From assembly GCA_044222065.1 (NCBI GenBank), contig JBGAOA010000054.1, positions 1 to 30,080 on the forward strand: a stretch of 30,080 bases of DNA, read 5' to 3'. The notes under the pieces are model-generated. The model was not told where the DNA came from. It made no database searches and saw only the letters and a program-made list of their open reading frames with translations. This document shows positions 26,365-30,080 of this stretch, one piece after another. The position numbers and the translations under genes were made by a program. The stretch is from Candidatus Eiseniibacteriota bacterium. Its GTDB lineage: Bacteria > Eisenbacteria > RBG-16-71-46. Each line of letters opens with the position of its first letter. Position 1 is the stretch's first letter.

Positions 26365-29300
26365 TCAGGGAACGAGCACGAAGCGGCGCGTGAGCCGTTC
26401 GGAGCCGTGCGAAAGGTGCACGAAGTAGAGACCCGGCGCAAGCGTACGGCCGCGATCGTCGCGGCCGTCGAACGTGATCGCGTGCGGGCCGGCGCCGAGC
26501 ACGCCCGCGGCGAGTTCGCGCACGCGTCGTCCGGCGAGATCCGTCACGTCGAGCCGCACGAACGCGCCGTCGCGCGGCACGACGAACGCGATCGCGGCCG
26601 CGCCGCGCGAAGGATTCGGGATCGGAGAACGCAGCGCGAGACGGCCAACGGCCTCGGATTCGACCGCGACCGGCGGGCCCTGGAACGACGCGAGCGTCTG
26701 CGGCCGCCGGTTCGCGTAGCACGAGGCGTCGCGCACGTCGCTCGCGACGACCGTGTACGCGCGGAACAGCAGTCCGTCCACGACGAGCCGCACCGTGACC
26801 TGGTCGGGCTGGAGCGCGGCGCCGAGGACGGCGACGGTGTTCGTGGGATTGGCGGTCTCGTAGAGCGCGTAGTGCGAGGCGACGTTCGCGCTCGCCGCCG
26901 TCACGGGCTCGTCGAACGTCACGGTGACGACGCTGTCCCACGCCGGCGCCGCGGCCGACACGAGCAACGGCGGCGTGTGGTCCTGCGGATCGGGAACGCC
27001 GTCGCCGTTCGCGTCCAGCGTCACGAGCGCGCGGTTGTCGATCGCGGGCGGCGTCGCGCCGACGTTGTTCGGCGCCTGGTCGCCGCCGAGTTCGCCCGAC
27101 GGCTCGGGGTCCCAGCACAGCGAGGCGACGAGTCCGAGCGTCGCGTTCGCCGGGACGTGGTTCGGGCCGAGGCCGTAGAGCGTGTTCCACGGAATCGCGA
27201 GTTCGCTGCCGCCGTTGAGCCCGTAGGCGTGCGACGGATCGAACGCCTTGAGGATCGCCGCGCTCGAATCCGCGGTCGTCGTCGCGCTCAGGATGCGGAA
27301 GAACGACTGGCTGTCGAAGCCGCCCTGGTGCTGGTAGGCGCCGAACTCCCAGTCGGGCTTGAAGCCCGGCGCCGAGAACGTCGCGCCGCGCTCCCACGCG
27401 TTGATCGCCGTCAGGTTCGTCTGGCCGCTCACGCCGCCCGGATCGGTGTCGAGGTACAGCAGCCACGAGTTCGACGTCACGACGCCGCGCAGGCCGAGGT
27501 AGAGGTAGCTCGAGTCCCACGACGCGTACACGGCCTGGATCTCGTTCGTGATGTTGTTCGGCGCGGCGTTCCAGCCCGAGTCGAACGAGTCCGCGACCGC
27601 GACCGTGCACGACGGCCACTCGTCCGCGTCGAAGCGGCCGTCGAGCGTGATGCGCGTCGGCGGTCCGTAGGAGACCGGCACGATGTCGGACGGCGGGAAC
27701 GCGTTCGAGTTCAGGTTGAACGCCGCGTCCTTCACCGAGTCGTGCAGCAGTCCGAGGCGCATCGTGAAGTGGTTCGGGAACGCCTCGATCGCGGTCGCCT
27801 GCGCGGGCGTGAGCTGCAGCGTCAGCACCGTCGCGCTGCCGGACGTGAGCAGCGTCGCGCCGCCGAGCAGCACCGTGCCGAATCCGGAGTCGTCCGGCCA
27901 CACCTGGAAACCGCTCACGCCCATGGGCCCGAGCGTCACGGCCTCGTCGAACGTCACGACGAGCTGGTCCGAGGCGGGGTAGTACGTGCCGCTCACGGGG
28001 CGGGGCTTCAGGACGTCCACCGCGAGCGGCAGCACGGCCTCGAGTTCCGCGATGTGTCCGCCGCCGTCGGGAGGCGAGGTCTTGCCGGCGTAGATCAGGA
28101 AGTTGAACTTCTGCGTGCCGCGAATCTCGTCGACCTTCATCAGCGTGCTCGAGGTCTCGGCGTTGTGCGTCGCTCCGCCGGTGCCGAGCACGTACGCGGC
28201 GGTCGCGCCGGTGTTCGGATTGCGCTGGCCCATGTACGTCGTCGGACCGCCGCCCCACACGCGGTCCATGCGCGCGTTGTAGAGCAGGTCCACGAGGTCC
28301 GGCGTCCAGCCGCTCCGCACGTACTCCGTCTGGTTGCCGACCGTGTAGTCCACGCTGAGGTACGGCTGTCCGCTCGACAGCGCGACGTGCTTCGTCAGGC
28401 CGCCGTGCGTGAGCGTGACGCTCGCGCTCGTGCCCGACCCCGGGACGAGCGAGATCGCGTAGAGGTCGTGCTGCGTGTTCGGCCCGACGTCCGAGAGGCC
28501 CGCGACGTGGTTCACGTCGTTGTAGTCGCCCTCGGTGCCCGCCCAGTAGGCGTTGTCCACGCCGATGACGGAGAAGTCGTAGTCCGAGCCCTTCGCGAAC
28601 AGGTGCGTGAGCCGTCCGCCGTTCGGCTCGAACACCGCGAACAGCCGGTCGTTCCACAGCACCGCTTCGCTGTTCCCGTCGCCGTCCACGTCCTGCATCG
28701 TCGCCGCCGTCGTGGGGGCGTAGCCGCCGGCGCGCCAGTTCGCCGCGTTCGCGTACACGATCGCGTTCTTGAGGTGGGCCGAGTACTGGCGCTGCCAGCC
28801 GGACAGCGGTCCGCCGAGGTAGTCGTGCCATCCGGTCTCGTGCAGGTTCGTCATCAGCACGTACCAGCCCGACTCGCGCAGGTTGTTGTTCGGCGCCGAT
28901 TGCAGCGCGAGGTGAGCGTCGTTCCACAACTGCCCGTGGTTGCGGCAATTGCCTCCGCCGCCGCAGCCGCCGCTGCCGTTGCCCCCGGTCGAGTAGGGCA
29001 CGAAGCCCGCCCAGTCCGTGTACCAGGCGTTGTTGCTCCCGCCGTAGCCCTGCACGTCGCCGATGCCGCCGTAGGTTCCGTAGGTCGGCGTGAACGTGTC
29101 GCCGTTGAAGTTCGGGTTCGCGATCGCGGCGTCGAGCTTCCACGTGTGCAGCCACGCGCTCTCGGTCGCGCACTTGTCGATCATCCACAGGTACGTCGGC
29201 TCGGCGAACGGGAACGTGTTCTCCCAGCCCGCGACGCCGGCCGCCATCTCCCAGTCGTCGGCGTACACCGTGATGCGGAACTGCCCGAGCCCGGAGTTCG

Positions 29301-30080
29301 CCTCGGCCTCGAGGATCGCGAGCGCTCCCGCGCCGTCGCCGGTGTGCAGCTTGCCCGTGAAATCGCCGTCGCGCGGGATCATGCGCAGCCCGTTCCCGAG
29401 CAGCGTGTGGATCCGGTGCTTGTTGTGGCCCTGCAGGTGCGGCCAGTCGTCGAGGATCACGGCGCTGACGCCGTTCGCCTGCCAGTGCGCGCCCGACCAG
29501 TCGATCACGCCCGCGTTCGGATACGTGGCGGGGTCGAGGAAGACCCGCTCCGGCACCCACGCGACGTTCGGGTCGTAACCGTAGCGCGCGTTCACCATGT
29601 CGTGGTCGCGCGAGATCGCCCAGTCGTTCATCGCGCCCTGCAGGAAGGGCATGATCGGCTGGCCGTACGCCGAGCACAGCATGCCGGCCCAGCCCGCGGT
29701 CACGCCCGTTCGCAGCCAGCCGTTGAAGTCGAGCGGATCGCCGTTCTGCCGGTTCCACTCGGCGACCGTCTGGAGCAGTGCGCCGACGTGGAAGTTGCCG
29801 GGGACGTTCTTCTGTTCGTGAACGCGCAGGATCTCGTCGTAACCGCTCGAGGCCTCGGCGAGGTAGCGGCCCTTGAAGTAGTCCGTGTAGGCGAGGCCCT
29901 GGTTCGCGTGGTGCGCGAACGCGACGTTCGTCTGGCCGCTCGGCGCGAACGCCTCGTCGCCGCGCGCGACGAGCCGGTCGAGTTCGCGGCCGTTCGCGAC
30001 CGTGAGCACCGCGACGTGCGCGGGGGCGGCGTCCGCCGCGGCGAGCGCGGCGGCCATCCAGCCGTGCTCGAGGTGGAACG
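26365..30080 (-). CDS. Large GH57-family alpha-glucan-active enzyme (4-alpha-glucanotransferase/amylopullulanase-like) with Ig-like, DOMON/CBM9-like and FlgD/T9SS-like C-terminal domains (5' partial, >1230 aa)
   Basis: GH57-like conserved regions HHANQ, SAYGQPIMPFL, AWVPERVF (nucleophile Glu) and YADDWE (acid/base Asp); DVDGDGNSEAVLWNDRLFAVFEPNGG beta-sandwich start; CTD PIPNPSRG...DVTDLAGRRVREL...FDGRDDRGRTLAPGLYFV. The frame is open to the right edge. Confidence 0.78.
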   Translation of the reverse strand, partial: FHLEHGWMAAALAAADAAPAHVAVLTVANGRELDRLVARGDEAFAPSGQTNVAFAHHANQGLAYTDYFKGRYLAEASSGYDEILRVHEQKNVPGNFHVGALLQTVAEWNRQNGDPLDFNGWLRTGVTAGWAGMLCSAYGQPIMPFLQGAMNDWAISRDHDMVNARYGYDPNVAWVPERVFLDPATYPNAGVIDWSGAHWQANGVSAVILDDWPHLQGHNKHRIHTLLGNGLRMIPRDGDFTGKLHTGDGAGALAILEAEANSGLGQFRITVYADDWEMAAGVAGWENTFPFAEPTYLWMIDKCATESAWLHTWKLDAAIANPNFNGDTFTPTYGTYGGIGDVQGYGGSNNAWYTDWAGFVPYSTGGNGSGGCGGGGNCRNHGQLWNDAHLALQSAPNNNLRESGWYVLMTNLHETGWHDYLGGPLSGWQRQYSAHLKNAIVYANAANWRAGGYAPTTAATMQDVDGDGNSEAVLWNDRLFAVFEPNGGRLTHLFAKGSDYDFSVIGVDNAYWAGTEGDYNDVNHVAGLSDVGPNTQHDLYAISLVPGSGTSASVTLTHGGLTKHVALSSGQPYLSVDYTVGNQTEYVRSGWTPDLVDLLYNARMDRVWGGGPTTYMGQRNPNTGATAAYVLGTGGATHNAETSSTLMKVDEIRGTQKFNFLIYAGKTSPPDGGGHIAELEAVLPLAVDVLKPRPVSGTYYPASDQLVVTFDEAVTLGPMGVSGFQVWPDDSGFGTVLLGGATLLTSGSATVLTLQLTPAQATAIEAFPNHFTMRLGLLHDSVKDAAFNLNSNAFPPSDIVPVSYGPPTRITLDGRFDADEWPSCTVAVADSFDSGWNAAPNNITNEIQAVYASWDSSYLYLGLRGVVTSNSWLLYLDTDPGGVSGQTNLTAINAWERGATFSAPGFKPDWEFGAYQHQGGFDSQSFFRILSATTTADSSAAILKAFDPSHAYGLNGGSELAIPWNTLYGLGPNHVPANATLGLVASLCWDPEPSGELGGDQAPNNVGATPPAIDNRALVTLDANGDGVPDPQDHTPPLLVSAAAPAWDSVVTVTFDEPVTAASANVASHYALYETANPTNTVAVLGAALQPDQVTVRLVVDGLLFRAYTVVASDVRDASCYANRRPQTLASFQGPPVAVESEAVGRLALRSPIPNPSRGAAAIAFVVPRDGAFVRLDVTDLAGRRVRELAAGVLGAGPHAITFDGRDDRGRTLAPGLYFVHLSHGSERLTRRFVLVP

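Overview
A very GC-rich bacterial window. Signal peptides, lipoboxes, beta-barrels, FlgD/T9SS-like C-terminal domains and an SWGxxKxxYR tail point to a diderm FCB-group organism such as Ca. Eisenbacteria (inference). Most of the window (about 1.4-3.8 kb and 6.1-30 kb) appears to be a large alpha-glucan (starch/glycogen/maltodextrin) utilisation system with no SusC/SusD pair, TonB-dependent receptor or LamB in view. Its parts are: a >1200-aa GH57 enzyme with a T9SS-like CTD; a MalE/F/G-type ABC importer with a detached MalK; two more CTD-bearing secreted proteins; a PorV/PorP-like barrel coupled to one cargo gene; two paralogous unknown outer-membrane barrels (one fused to a CBM48/AMPK-type glucan-binding module); three carbohydrate-binding lipoproteins; a signal-peptide GH13 enzyme with two such modules; a CBM20-esterase; and a frameshifted DUF2723/TMEM260-like glycosyltransferase. 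The left end carries ordinary genes (MBL hydrolase, DedA, SRPBCC, VOC, tandem NTF2-like lipoprotein). No rRNA, tRNA, CRISPR array or mobile element was seen. All family calls come from reading motifs by eye, not from database searches.
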